Below are positions 1-10,777 of a DNA stretch of 64,000 nt, piece by piece; the first letter of the stretch is position 1; the number at the start of each line of letters is the position of its first letter. The stretch spans positions 96,001-160,000 of the forward strand of contig JAUVNS010000006.1 in assembly GCA_030599585.1 (NCBI GenBank), written 5' to 3'. A model generated the notes under the pieces. That model was given only the letters and a program-made list of their open reading frames with translations. It did no database searches and was not told the origin of the DNA. The position numbers and the translations under genes are program-made. Source of the stretch: Promethearchaeota archaeon (GTDB lineage Archaea > Asgardarchaeota > Lokiarchaeia > Sigyniarchaeales > SOKP01).

Positions 1-2
1 CC

Positions 3-1262
3 GATTTTCCATCTGAAAATATTTATCCTTCTGTTAAAGATATTCCCGGAGAGGTTGATTTTGCATTTATTACGGTGCCTAAAAACAAGATCTTAGGAAT
101 TATTGACGATTGCGTTGTAAAGAAAGTTAAGTTAGTGAGTATTTTCACAGCAGAATTTTCTGATGCAGGAACAAAGGAGGGTATCGAGTTAGAGTTAGAA
201 TTGTTAAAAAGAGCAAATAATGTCGTTAGATTTTTAGGTCCTAATGGAATGGGGCTCTTCTATCCAAAAAAGGGAATACAATGGCGAGGAAAATTCCCTA
301 CAGAAGCTGGAAACATTGGATTCGTGGCTCAATCTGGTGGTATTTGTAATATTGCTATCTATACAGCAAAGGAATTAGGATTTCACTTTTCTAAAGTATT
401 TTCATTTGGAAATGGGACTGATTTAGATGTTGTTGACCTTATTTCATTTTTTGAAAACGACCCAGAAACTAATATTATATTATGTTATGTTGAGGGGGTA
501 AAAGAGGGACGAGGACATGATTTAATGAGCGCAATTGCAAGAACAACAAAGCCTATTGCTTTATTAAAAGGGGGGAAATCTGAAATTGGGTCTAATGCGG
601 TACAAACTCATACAGCATCAATTGCAGGTAATACTAAAATATGGAAATCGGTTTTTAAACAGAACCCAATTATGGAAGTTAACTCTTTGGAGCAATTACT
701 TCATATTGCTCATCTTATCGATTGTTATGGAATTAAAAAGATTGAGAATGTTGCAGTATTTAGTATTAGCGGTGGATACGGAGTAGTATTAGTAGATTTA
801 TTGCAAGAAGCGGGATTAAATATCCCCAATTTTAGCCCTGAAATTCAAAAAAAATTAGATGAGCAATTTTTTATACGCGGTACAAGTTCAAGGAACCCTT
901 TAGATGCTGCTGCTCAATTATTTCAAGGTGATAGCATAAGAAGGATCATAGACATCGCTTTATCCGATAAAAAAATAGATTGTTTAGTAATGGATTTACC
1001 GAGCTATTATTTTGACCCGCGATATTTCTTTACCCCTATAGAAAATTTTGAAGAAATTATAATCGATACCTTATGCCTTGGGCATAAATACAACAAACCG
1101 CTTATCCCTATAATTCAACGAACACATACACCAGAAGAAAGAAGGCGCGTTTCAAAAATATTAGCTGCAAAAAAAGTTCCGATTTTTGGAGATCCTCTGG
1201 AAGTTATTCCCTTATTACCTATAATCTCGGAATATTATACAAAGAAAACTCAAAATACCTGA
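3..1262 (+). CDS. ADP-forming acyl-CoA synthetase alpha-type protein (CoA-binding + succinyl-CoA ligase-like), 5'-truncated by window
   Basis: The frame is open to the window edge (DFPSENIYPSVKDIPGEVDFAFITVP). Motifs LGPNGMG, AQSGG, SFGNGTD, THTASIAG (phospho-His), SGGYGV, RNPLD. Confidence 0.85.
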   Translation, partial: DFPSENIYPSVKDIPGEVDFAFITVPKNKILGIIDDCVVKKVKLVSIFTAEFSDAGTKEGIELELELLKRANNVVRFLGPNGMGLFYPKKGIQWRGKFPTEAGNIGFVAQSGGICNIAIYTAKELGFHFSKVFSFGNGTDLDVVDLISFFENDPETNIILCYVEGVKEGRGHDLMSAIARTTKPIALLKGGKSEIGSNAVQTHTASIAGNTKIWKSVFKQNPIMEVNSLEQLLHIAHLIDCYGIKKIENVAVFSISGGYGVVLVDLLQEAGLNIPNFSPEIQKKLDEQFFIRGTSSRNPLDAAAQLFQGDSIRRIIDIALSDKKIDCLVMDLPSYYFDPRYFFTPIENFEEIIIDTLCLGHKYNKPLIPIIQRTHTPEERRRVSKILAAKKVPIFGDPLEVIPLLPIISEYYTKKTQNT

Positions 1263-2926
1263 GGGCTTTCGTAATCTCCAAAGACTTCTCTTAACACATC
1301 ACAAATTTCCTGAATTGTAGCATTAGTTTTCACCGTTTCGATCATAACTGGCATAATATTATCACCACTCAATGCAACTTGTTTTAATTTTACTAGTTTT
1401 GTTTGAACAGATTCTTCGTTTCGTTCTGTTTTTAGCGTGATTAAACTTTTAATAATCCTTTCTTCTTCGTCTATATCATGTTTAAATGTATCAACTTTAC
1501 ATTCTTCATCAATACAATACTTATTTACTCCAATGACACTATTAACTCCATTTTCAATTTTTAATTGGTCGTTATAAGCATTATTTTGGATTTCTCGTTG
1601 AATGAAAGCCGTTTCAATCGCCTTAGTTATCCCTCCCATCTTATCTATTTTTTCAATATATTCCAAAGCTTTTTCTTCTAGCTGTGAAGTAAGATACTCT
1701 ATATAATACGATCCTCCGAGAGGATCTACAACATCAGTGATCCCGGATTCATACGCAATTACTTGTTGAGTTCGCAAGGATAACCTTACAGATTCCTCTG
1801 TTGGGATAGCCAAAGCTTCATCTGCACCACAAGTATGAAGTGATTGCGTCCCTCCTAATATTGCCGCAAGAGCTTGAAGAGCGACTCTTACAACATTGAC
1901 GTTAGGTTGTTGTGCAGTCAATGTAACTCCAGCCGTTTGTGTGTGGAGTCGCAATCTTAAAGAATTTGGATTCTTAGCGTGAAACCGTTCTTTCATAATT
2001 TTTGCCCAAAGCTTTCTAGCTGCCCTCAACTTAGCAATTTCTTCGAAAAAGTTGTTATGAGTAGTAAAAAAGAAAGATAATCGTGTTGCAAAATCATCAA
2101 TGTCTACGCCTCTATTAAGGACTTCTTCAACATAGGCGATACCATCCGCTAATGTGAATGCAATTTCGTGGATAGCATTGCAGCCTGCTTCGCGCATATG
2201 ATACCCACTAATACTAATAGTATTAAAACGAGGTAAATTTTTAGAACAATATTCAATTACATCTGCCACTAATCTTAAAGATGGTTTTGGAGGAAAAATA
2301 TACGTACCCCTCGCAACATACTCTTTTAGAATGTCATTTTGAACGGTTCCAGTCAATTGTTCGGGATTGACTCCTTGTTTCTCACCGACGGCAATGTACA
2401 TAGCTAATAATACGGAAGTAGGGGCGTTTATAGTCATACTGGTGGAAACTTTATCCAAAGGAATTCCCTCGAAAACTTGTTCAAAATCTCTCAATGAATT
2501 AACTGTTACGCCAACTCTACCTACTTCCCCTAAGCAAATATTATGATTGCTGTTGTACCCCATCTGGGTTGGTAAATCAAATGCAATTGAAAGACCTTTT
2601 TGGCCTTGTGATATTAAATATTTAAATCGCTCATTAGTTTTAGTAGCATCTGCAAAACCCCCGTATTGTCGCATAGTCCAAATACGACCACGGTACATAT
2701 TTGGATAAACTCCCCTCGTAAAAGGAGGAGTTCCAGGAAATCCAATATCCTCTAAATAATCAATATTCTGGATATCTTCAGGCCCATACACAGGTTTCAG
2801 AGGAATTCCTGAAGGGGATTCGTAGTTATCTTTCCTCTCTCCTCTTTCGGTGAACTTATTTAAGATTTGTTCCTCCCACTCTTTCCTCTTATTTTCAATT
2901 TTTTCAAGTTCTTTATCTGCAAACAT
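1250..2926 (-). CDS. Methylmalonyl-CoA mutase family, substrate-binding (large) subunit
   Basis: PFTRGVYPNMYRGRIWTMRQYGGF, AFDLPTQMG, QNDILKEY, SISGYHMREAG. No B12-binding domain (split archaeal type). ATG at 2926 follows an AGGAGG SD. Confidence 0.95.
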   Translation of the reverse strand: MFADKELEKIENKRKEWEEQILNKFTERGERKDNYESPSGIPLKPVYGPEDIQNIDYLEDIGFPGTPPFTRGVYPNMYRGRIWTMRQYGGFADATKTNERFKYLISQGQKGLSIAFDLPTQMGYNSNHNICLGEVGRVGVTVNSLRDFEQVFEGIPLDKVSTSMTINAPTSVLLAMYIAVGEKQGVNPEQLTGTVQNDILKEYVARGTYIFPPKPSLRLVADVIEYCSKNLPRFNTISISGYHMREAGCNAIHEIAFTLADGIAYVEEVLNRGVDIDDFATRLSFFFTTHNNFFEEIAKLRAARKLWAKIMKERFHAKNPNSLRLRLHTQTAGVTLTAQQPNVNVVRVALQALAAILGGTQSLHTCGADEALAIPTEESVRLSLRTQQVIAYESGITDVVDPLGGSYYIEYLTSQLEEKALEYIEKIDKMGGITKAIETAFIQREIQNNAYNDQLKIENGVNSVIGVNKYCIDEECKVDTFKHDIDEEERIIKSLITLKTERNEESVQTKLVKLKQVALSGDNIMPVMIETVKTNATIQEICDVLREVFGDYESPQVF

Positions 2927-2950
2927 CTTATTTCCTCCTAATAACACTTA

Positions 2951-3313
2951 TTAAACTGGTTCAAACACATAAGCATATACTTCCTTTCCGTCTAAGTTTT
3001 CACAAATTTTTCGATAAATTGGTTTTAATGTCATTCCCGTTTGTAAACTATTTTGAGTGGTGATTTGACCGAGTCCTTTTACGCCGTTTTCAAATTCCAC
3101 TACTCCAAGAGCATAGGACGCCTTATCCCTAAATTCAGCGGGGGGTGCGTTTAAGATAGTATAAGTGAGCAATTTGCATGTGCCTGAAGCTTCTATGATC
3201 TCAAAATCACCCTTCCTACATTTTAAACATCTTATATGAGTGTTATGTTGTAATAAGCCACAATTCATACATTTGTGCCAAATGATATTCTCTTCAATTT
3301 TCACTAATCTCAT
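2951..3313 (-). CDS. DUF35 Zn-ribbon/OB-fold acyl-CoA-binding protein (thiolase partner)
   Basis: CxxC...CxxC followed by the OB-fold pattern 'LLTYTIL..PP.EF...YALGVVEFENG...GQI'. Confidence 0.85.
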   Translation of the reverse strand: MRLVKIEENIIWHKCMNCGLLQHNTHIRCLKCRKGDFEIIEASGTCKLLTYTILNAPPAEFRDKASYALGVVEFENGVKGLGQITTQNSLQTGMTLKPIYRKICENLDGKEVYAYVFEPV

Positions 3314-4005
3314 CTGTAATTTATAATTTCTATAAACTTAAGGATATATAAAATGACATTATTTAGAAATATTAAGCATAGAGATCATAAAAATAGTTTA
3401 ATAAAAGGGACTACCTCGACTGAAAATTAGAAGTCGAATACGGATGTGTTCTAACTTAAGTTTTAAAAAAATTAATTCTTATGCAATTACCTATTAAATG
3501 AACGAAAAGAAAAAAATAAGGCGATATAATTAATAGAGTTAACTTCGCCCTTATTCCTAATTAACCCCACCCTTAGCATTAGTAACCATATATTGGCTAC
3601 TTCATTTTCAGTACTTAGAGCCTTCATATTTTACTCACTTATTTTTTCCATATTCGTTAAGATGATGTTAATTGTAGTTTATATTTAGTTTTTAAAAATG
3701 AACTTCAATTGGAGTCTTGGATTAGAGCTGGATTGATTTATAATAATAAAATAGAGCGGTTCTTTTAGTTTAAAAAAAAATAACCCAAAATATACATTAA
3801 ATATCTTTTTTTGAATATCATCATTGAAATTTTTTAATGATTTACAACATTTTAGAAGAAATTTTTGCACTAATGAATAATCTTTTAAATAGGAATAAAA
3901 CAATATTTGTTTAATTAGAGATTAGTATTATTTGAAATCCTCGCAACATTTTTCCTTACAAACAATAGTTAGTATTGAGCTAAAAAATATTAAAAAAAAA
4001 TTAGT

Positions 4006-5088
4006 ATGAGTATCGAAAATTTATTACTCGTGTTATCTACCTCTATAACGGGGACATTAGTAGCAATTGGTGGTATGATTACATTCATTTATGCGTTCAG
4101 AAGAAAAAATCGGCTTATTTTCTTATTTTCCGCAATGTGGTTAATGTATGCTATTTTTTGGTTTGTAGATGCGGCAGCTCATTATTTTTACTCAATACCA
4201 CTAATGGCCTTAGCGATTATTCCACAACTGATAGGAATTCCGTGTATTATCATTTTTATCGAACTTAGCAGAAAAGAGCATGTTAGCCCAATTAAAATTT
4301 CAATACTTATGATTATCGAAGCCTTAGTTTTTATTATAACTTTTTATGTACCTGATAATTGGGAGATCATTCCTGGATATGGAATTCATAACAAAGGCAT
4401 ACTTCGGATAGCGCAGATAATCTTCATCTTTTACTTCATGATTTTTTATTTTTTATGGAGTTTTCATACTTGGCGTAAGGCTCCTGCGGGTTTAAAACGC
4501 TTAACAAGCTATTTACTATTTGGGAGCACTATTTTTTCAATTGTTACAGGGGTAATGTATGCAATTGGGACATTCATAAAAACATTTAATGCCATAGGGT
4601 TCTTCATAAATGGGATAGGAGCGTTCATCACTATTTTAGTTATCTTAAAAGATTCCAGAATTATATATATCTTACCTTTTAAGGCTTATCGAATTTTAGT
4701 GGTTGACACTATAGCAAGCGTAGCCCTATTTAAATACGATTGGGCGAAAGCAGGAGAAGTTGAGGAAAATATCTTTACCATGATGATCCAAGCTATTGGT
4801 AGTGTTCTAGACGACATTTTAAAAAAAGGTGATGTCCAAGAAATCCAAATGGATCGGGCAATCCTTCTTATTAAACACAATAAAGAAAATAATATAGCAT
4901 CGGTTTTGATAGCCTCAAAATTTTCAAAATCGCTGAGATATGGATTGAAAAGGTTTGACGAAGAATTTGTTGGAAGATTTCAAAAAACTTTAGAAAGTTC
5001 AAGAAAAGTTAGTGATTTCGTCGGGGGTTCAAAAATAGTTGAACATGTATTCGATTTTGTTCCAAGTTATAAAAGTGAAATTATATAA
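4006..5088 (+). CDS. 7-transmembrane protein with C-terminal longin-like domain
   Basis: Seven hydrophobic segments in aa 1-215, then a soluble ~135-aa domain with a beta-beta-alpha-beta-beta-beta-alpha-alpha pattern (AYRILVVD...LFKYDW...IFTMMIQAI...EIQMDRAILLIKH...SVLIASK...LRYGLKRFDEEF). Confidence 0.65.
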   Translation: MSIENLLLVLSTSITGTLVAIGGMITFIYAFRRKNRLIFLFSAMWLMYAIFWFVDAAAHYFYSIPLMALAIIPQLIGIPCIIIFIELSRKEHVSPIKISILMIIEALVFIITFYVPDNWEIIPGYGIHNKGILRIAQIIFIFYFMIFYFLWSFHTWRKAPAGLKRLTSYLLFGSTIFSIVTGVMYAIGTFIKTFNAIGFFINGIGAFITILVILKDSRIIYILPFKAYRILVVDTIASVALFKYDWAKAGEVEENIFTMMIQAIGSVLDDILKKGDVQEIQMDRAILLIKHNKENNIASVLIASKFSKSLRYGLKRFDEEFVGRFQKTLESSRKVSDFVGGSKIVEHVFDFVPSYKSEII

Positions 5089-5110
5089 TCAAAAACATAT
5101 TTGAAAAGAG

Positions 5111-6193
5111 GTGAAAATGATTAGTTTTGATAATATTTTATTAGTTTCATCCGCATCAGCTGCAGGTGTGTTAAACATTATTGGATTTTTACTCTCATTC
5201 TCTTACGCGAAAAAAAGAAAAAATCGATTAGTGTATTTATTTTCAGCAAATTGGTTATTACAATCTTTTTTTTGGGGTTTAGACGCAGCTTCGCATCTTT
5301 TTTATTCACCCTTATTAATGGCTCTTGCAATAATACCGCAAGTCATTGGGGTTCCCTGCCTATTTATATTTATAGACCTCATTAAAAAAGAACGCGTGAG
5401 TTCATTTAAGATCACTATTGTCCTTCTAATTGAGATTACTCTGCTATACTTCACTTTTACGCCTGGAGGTATGCAAATTATACCTGATTATGGTATCCAT
5501 ATTGTTGGAACTCTTCGAATTGTCCAAATTATTTTCCTCTTTTACTATGTATTAACCTATTTTAGTTGGAGTTACCTCACTTGGAAAAGAGCTCCGAGGG
5601 AATTAAAGCAACTCGTTAACTTTTTATTGTTTGGTAGTATCCTTTTTTCGTTTGTAACGGCAACCTTGTACTTTTTAGGAACATTTATTAAAATATTCAA
5701 TTCTTTAGGGTTCATAACTCATAGCTTAGGAGCATTATTTACGATTATAGTTATATGGAAAGAACCTAAAGTCATTTATATACTTCCCTTTAAAGCCTAT
5801 AGACTTTTGGTTGTTGAGACGAATGCAGGTATTGGATTATTTAAACACGATTGGGCAAAACTGAGAGCTGTAGACGAGAATGTCTTTACTATGGTACTCC
5901 AAGCAGTGGGTAGCATTTTAGATGAATTATTAAAGAAAGGAGAAATACGGGAAATCAAATTGGATAGAGCAGTTCTTTTAATTCAACACAATAAAGGCTA
6001 TCCAGTTGCATCTGTTTTAGTTACCTCAAAATCATCTAAATCTTTGCGATATGGACTTAAGAAGTTCAATTCTCAGTTTATTGATGAATTCAAGTCTCAT
6101 TTTGGTGGATTGTATGAAGTTAGCAGATTTAAAAAGGCGAAATCGTTAGTGGAGGAATTTTTTGATTTCATACCTGATTATTTAGAAAACTAA
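5111..6193 (+). CDS. 7-transmembrane protein with C-terminal longin-like domain (tandem paralog)
   Basis: Same length (360 aa) and colinear with 4006-5088 (LMALAIIPQ, YILPFKAYR, SKSLRYGLK). Confidence 0.65.
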   Translation: MKMISFDNILLVSSASAAGVLNIIGFLLSFSYAKKRKNRLVYLFSANWLLQSFFWGLDAASHLFYSPLLMALAIIPQVIGVPCLFIFIDLIKKERVSSFKITIVLLIEITLLYFTFTPGGMQIIPDYGIHIVGTLRIVQIIFLFYYVLTYFSWSYLTWKRAPRELKQLVNFLLFGSILFSFVTATLYFLGTFIKIFNSLGFITHSLGALFTIIVIWKEPKVIYILPFKAYRLLVVETNAGIGLFKHDWAKLRAVDENVFTMVLQAVGSILDELLKKGEIREIKLDRAVLLIQHNKGYPVASVLVTSKSSKSLRYGLKKFNSQFIDEFKSHFGGLYEVSRFKKAKSLVEEFFDFIPDYLEN

Positions 6194-6220
6194 TCAATGA
6201 ATTTTGATTATGAAGTTCTT

Positions 6221-6772
6221 TTAAACTGGCATGTCTTTATATTTAACATATAGTTCATCAATAATCGTATTAAATGCGTTAATTACTCCTTGTCCCGATT
6301 TTGCTGAAGTCATAAAGTGTCCTAAGTATTTCTTTTCTTCAACAATTTTTTCGATAGCCAAAGTGTCTATCTTTTCCTCGTCTACCAAATCTACTTTATT
6401 ACCAAAAATTACCACAGGAATATCTCCGCAGTATTTTTCAATATCAGTTGCCCAGTTATGAATATGGTTAAAACTTTCTTTACCATGTTCATTATTTTCA
6501 AGGGTATACACAATTATTGCAGCAACACTATTGTTAAAAAATGAGGGTCGTAAGAAATTAAATGAATCTTGTCCTGCGATGTCCCAGAATAATAACTTTA
6601 TTTTGTCTCCATCGATTTTTCTATCAAATACAGAAAATTGAGCTCCGATTGTTTTGATGTATTCTTCTTTAAAATTATCGTTAGTGAACTTTTGGATTAG
6701 AGATGTCTTACCTACGGCACCATCTCCTATAACAGTAATCTTAAATCTAAATTTTTTGTTAGTTTCACTCAT
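6221..6772 (-). CDS. Rab-like small GTPase (Ras superfamily)
   Basis: G1 GDGAVGKTS, G2 YIKTIG, G3 WDIAGQ, G4 NKVD, G5 TSAK. No C-terminal Cys prenylation motif. Confidence 0.92.
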   Translation of the reverse strand: MSETNKKFRFKITVIGDGAVGKTSLIQKFTNDNFKEEYIKTIGAQFSVFDRKIDGDKIKLLFWDIAGQDSFNFLRPSFFNNSVAAIIVYTLENNEHGKESFNHIHNWATDIEKYCGDIPVVIFGNKVDLVDEEKIDTLAIEKIVEEKKYLGHFMTSAKSGQGVINAFNTIIDELYVKYKDMPV

Positions 6773-7018
6773 TGGTAGCTTTTAAGAATCACATGAAATA
6801 TTTCTTAATATAAAGCTAGGCTTTTAATTAATATAAAGCTTTAGTATTAAATCGGTTTACACTATTTTTTATACTAACAGAAAGTTAAGTTTACGAAATG
6901 TTTATACTACATAATTATAATTGGAGTTCCAGATTTCTTTTAGACCGTAATGTATAAATAAACTATAACACATTATATATTATATCCATAAAGATTTCTT
7001 ACCAGATGATCCTAAGTT

Positions 7019-8929
7019 ATGCCTTCTCCAATAAATTACCCCCCTAAAGAGGTTATAGAACCTATCTTTGGTAAAATTAACTTTGAATTAGTAATACTCT
7101 GGATGCTTAATAACAACGAAGTATGTACGTGGTCGAATTTAAAAAAAAAGATCAAACCTTCAACATTATCGATTTATCTAAAAAAACTTTTGTTGACAGA
7201 GTTAATTGAAAAGAAAGAATTTAATCAATATACGATAACAACAAAAGGGAAAGACAGATTTTATGAACTATCGCAGGCCACGAGACAAAAAAGGAAGTTA
7301 AATTACCCCCCCAAAGCAATTTTGTGGAAACGGAATTACGATCATTGGATATTATGGATGGTTTACAACAATAATTTCTGTAAATGGGGAGATTTACTGA
7401 ACGAACCTCTTTCAATTAATAATTCCTCATTATCTAAAAATATGAATGCCTTAATTGAAGACGGATTTGTCAAGAAAAAAAATAAGGAGTATAGGATTTC
7501 TCAATTGGGTAAAGCTGAATATTCTGTAATGCTGAGGGATTACGATTTAGACCGTCAATCGATTTTGGAAGACGAAAGTAATCGAATCAAAGAAAATACA
7601 ATAAAAACATTGAAATTTTTCAAAAAGTATAGAATAAGTGAAGATGAAACTAGATTTCGATTTCTCAATAACCTTTTGAGATTACCCCACGAAAGAATCA
7701 AGCAATCTTTAAAAAGTGAAGAAGATTTCTTCAAAATACTTCTATATTTATCCCTCAATCATCCATCACATTATCCTATCTCTATTTCAACTGAGAAATT
7801 TGCTAAAAAATATGGGTTAGAATTAGTAGTTCTAGAGTTTCATGTTTTGCAAATTATTGATAAAAAGATTTTCCCTGTTAAATTTTTCAAATTGGAGGGA
7901 GATATTGATAAGATATATTATTTCCAGGCTAATGAAAAGCTTGAAAGGATGTTAAACGCCGTAGTCGAAGAACATATCACAAAATTTACCTACTTAAATA
8001 GATTGTATGAAGAAGATAAAGATAAGACCTACTCAACAACTTTAGAATCTACAATAGATGCGATATTAGACGAAGTTTGCGGTTCACTTTTTCATGAAGG
8101 TCAGCGCTCTTCTTTAAAGAAGTTGTTACCAAGTTATATTGCTTACTTGGCCTACAAAGTGGAAAAAGAGAAAAAGTTGATTGACACTTATGACAAGTTA
8201 AGGGGTTTAATATGGCATGAAGTACAGACCTATAGTTCGAAAAAATATTTACTTCAAGAATTCACAAATTACGACGAGAATATTAAAGAAGTGGATAAAG
8301 CCCTAAGCTTAAATCCTGACCAGTTTGACAGTTATGTTGATAAAGAGCGCGTGTTAATTTACTTTAACAAGTACGATGAATTATTAACATTTTTAGATGA
8401 AATGCTCGAAAAATTCCCCGATGAAGAGAAGGACATCAAAATTAAGGTTGCCTATATTTATAAAGAGAAAAGAAATTTCGAGGAAGGGCTTAAAATTATT
8501 AATGAATTGCTCGAAAAATACTCAGAAGATACCGAACTTCTTACTTATAAAGCTTATTGGTTACAATATTTAAATCGAAAAGAAGAAGCGGTAGAAATAA
8601 TTCAAAACCTAATCGAACAAGACCCTGATAACAACATTTATCATGATACATATGGTGAAATGTTAATGTCCTTCCAAGATTATGAAAATGCCAAAATTGA
8701 GTTCCTCAAAGCCATCGAAATAAGCTCAGACGAATGGTTTACATTCCAAACGCACATCAAGTTAGGGATATGTTATAAAGAACTTGGTAAGTTTAAGTTA
8801 GCACTCGAAAAATTGGAGTCTGGAATTAAATACGCAGAGAATAGTAAATCTGATTTAGAAACAAAAAAAAATTGGCTTGCCATTGCTAATCTCTTTATTG
8901 CTGAAATTGAAGAATCAAAAGAGAATTAA
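7019..8929 (+). CDS. Tandem winged-helix + C-terminal TPR protein
   Basis: Two internal repeats starting NYPP, each with an HTH/wing pattern (STLSIYLKKL...YTITTKG; SSLSKNMNAL...YRISQLG). C-terminal TPRs (YHDTYGEML...AKIEFLKAIE). Confidence 0.7.
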   Translation: MPSPINYPPKEVIEPIFGKINFELVILWMLNNNEVCTWSNLKKKIKPSTLSIYLKKLLLTELIEKKEFNQYTITTKGKDRFYELSQATRQKRKLNYPPKAILWKRNYDHWILWMVYNNNFCKWGDLLNEPLSINNSSLSKNMNALIEDGFVKKKNKEYRISQLGKAEYSVMLRDYDLDRQSILEDESNRIKENTIKTLKFFKKYRISEDETRFRFLNNLLRLPHERIKQSLKSEEDFFKILLYLSLNHPSHYPISISTEKFAKKYGLELVVLEFHVLQIIDKKIFPVKFFKLEGDIDKIYYFQANEKLERMLNAVVEEHITKFTYLNRLYEEDKDKTYSTTLESTIDAILDEVCGSLFHEGQRSSLKKLLPSYIAYLAYKVEKEKKLIDTYDKLRGLIWHEVQTYSSKKYLLQEFTNYDENIKEVDKALSLNPDQFDSYVDKERVLIYFNKYDELLTFLDEMLEKFPDEEKDIKIKVAYIYKEKRNFEEGLKIINELLEKYSEDTELLTYKAYWLQYLNRKEEAVEIIQNLIEQDPDNNIYHDTYGEMLMSFQDYENAKIEFLKAIEISSDEWFTFQTHIKLGICYKELGKFKLALEKLESGIKYAENSKSDLETKKNWLAIANLFIAEIEESKEN

Positions 8930-10644
8930 TGCAATATTGCTCGTTCAATAAATATTTCATTAACCAGGGAATCAAGTGAAGGAATGTCTTTTTCTTGAAC
9001 AAGCCGATTTGCTTGATAATATTTTTTAATAGGTTCCCATATTTTTTTGTCGTTTTGAATGGTATCGATAAAATGCTTTATTCTCTGCAGAGCTAAGAAC
9101 GACTGTCCTTTAAATAGATAACAGACGATAAATGGAGAGACAGCATTCATGATTATCGTATATTCCCCAAAAATAGCACGATCTAATCCTTGAGAGAACA
9201 TTTCATCACTAAAGGAATTAACAGCAGATAAAAAACCTCCAAACAAATGGTCTTGGAATGACCATCCCTCTTCAAACGATTGGGAGAAGATTGGGTTTCC
9301 CCCTTTTGAGATAATTAAAATTACAACAGAATCCTCTTCTTTGACCTCATCTGGTTCAACCACACGTTTTCGAAGCATGTTGTCCATTTGCTCATTTAAC
9401 CGAGCTAATTCCATACGTTCTTTCAATGATGAAGTTGATTTTTTTAAGTTCTCCCACATAGTTAATTGTTTAAGAAGTTCGTCATGTTCGTTAGAAATTT
9501 TGATAGCTAATTGATAAAATCCATATTTTTCTGCTATAATTTGAGCCTGAGTTAAAAATTGGCGAGCTTCTCTGATATTTAAGGATATTAATGCTAATCT
9601 AGCTTGTAATAGATGAGTTTCACACAAAATCCAATATGAGTGCTGTTGCTCAGCAAAATCTAATAACTTTTGAATGTATGGTTGTATCTCGTCAATTATT
9701 TCGGGATAATTAGTAATACGTAATTCAATAAGGAGTAAATCACAAAGATTAATAATAGTAAAAATGTATTTTTTAATCCATAAAAATTTTAGACCACCAC
9801 TAGAAATATCTTTAGTATTAATAATTTCTTTTAATAGTTTTTCAGATTTAACTCGATTTTTTGAACGTAGACTCGTTTTTAATAATATAGCTTTATAATA
9901 TCGATATAAAATGTCGTTTATTTCACTTTTATCTTTTTCTCTAATCTCACTTATCTGTTGGAAGTAACTGTTTGCCCCTTCAATATCACCCTTATCAAGC
10001 AAAATATCAATTATAAATCCTATCGCATATATTAACCAAGGCAGATATTGAATCTCAATAGCACGCTCTGCATACAATTTCGCGTTATCATAATCACCTA
10101 ATAAGCCATATTTTTCAGAAATATTGATAAGACTCGCAGAAATCAGTTCTTTATTTTTACTATCTTTTGCAAGTTCAAAAGCTTCTTTATTAAGTTCTAG
10201 AGAACGATGAATTTCACCTCTCCAGGTACAAATATTAGCTTTTATCCTAACCAAAAAAGATTCGCTTTCTCTTAAATCTAATGTTGCTGTTTCCTTAATT
10301 TTTATAAATAGGTTATCAGCCTTCTTAATTAGATCTTCACCTTCACTTATATTTCCAAGCATTACGTTTGAAAATGATTTGATCAATAAAGCATCTAGAT
10401 AGGTCAATAAATCTCCTTGTTTCTGGCTTTCTTGCATTAATTGATCAGTGTAAATGTTCGCTTCTGAAAACTGCAACGATTTATATAAAAGGTTTGCTTT
10501 AAGGAGTTTATAAAAAAGCATTTCTTTAGTTGTGAAATTCTCCATATTCTTTAAACCTAAAGCGATTTGGTAAGCTTCTTCAATTCGGCCTTCTCTCAAA
10601 AGGTTCTTTGCTTTAGTCAACTCTTTTATTACAGAATGAGACAT
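8926..10644 (-). CDS. TPR-repeat protein with C-terminal longin-like domain
   Basis: Helical TPR repeats, conserved linker (ISNEHDELL...ERMELA), C-terminal 'ILIISKGGNPIF...LFGGFLSAVNSFSDEMF...CYLFKGQS' domain. Confidence 0.75.
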   Translation of the reverse strand: MSHSVIKELTKAKNLLREGRIEEAYQIALGLKNMENFTTKEMLFYKLLKANLLYKSLQFSEANIYTDQLMQESQKQGDLLTYLDALLIKSFSNVMLGNISEGEDLIKKADNLFIKIKETATLDLRESESFLVRIKANICTWRGEIHRSLELNKEAFELAKDSKNKELISASLINISEKYGLLGDYDNAKLYAERAIEIQYLPWLIYAIGFIIDILLDKGDIEGANSYFQQISEIREKDKSEINDILYRYYKAILLKTSLRSKNRVKSEKLLKEIINTKDISSGGLKFLWIKKYIFTIINLCDLLLIELRITNYPEIIDEIQPYIQKLLDFAEQQHSYWILCETHLLQARLALISLNIREARQFLTQAQIIAEKYGFYQLAIKISNEHDELLKQLTMWENLKKSTSSLKERMELARLNEQMDNMLRKRVVEPDEVKEEDSVVILIISKGGNPIFSQSFEEGWSFQDHLFGGFLSAVNSFSDEMFSQGLDRAIFGEYTIIMNAVSPFIVCYLFKGQSFLALQRIKHFIDTIQNDKKIWEPIKKYYQANRLVQEKDIPSLDSLVNEIFIERAILH

Positions 10645-10777
10645 CGCTATAGTGAGTTTGATATATCTTAACTATTTTGTATAAACTTACTACTATTGTT
10701 CTATTATAAGCTAATTGAAATTTTAAATATAATGTAAAATTCCTTTTTTTTGTACAAAATCACATTCTCTCAATAAT

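Noticed and set aside
3685-3903. 72-aa ORF in an AT-rich spacer
   Set aside because: Low-complexity F/K/L composition from poly-A/T runs, non-ATG start and no motifs, so likely spurious.
4006-6193. Rhodopsin or true GPCR assignment for the 7TM proteins
   Set aside because: No retinal-binding Lys motif within TM7 and no DRY/NPxxY motifs. Only the TM count is supported.
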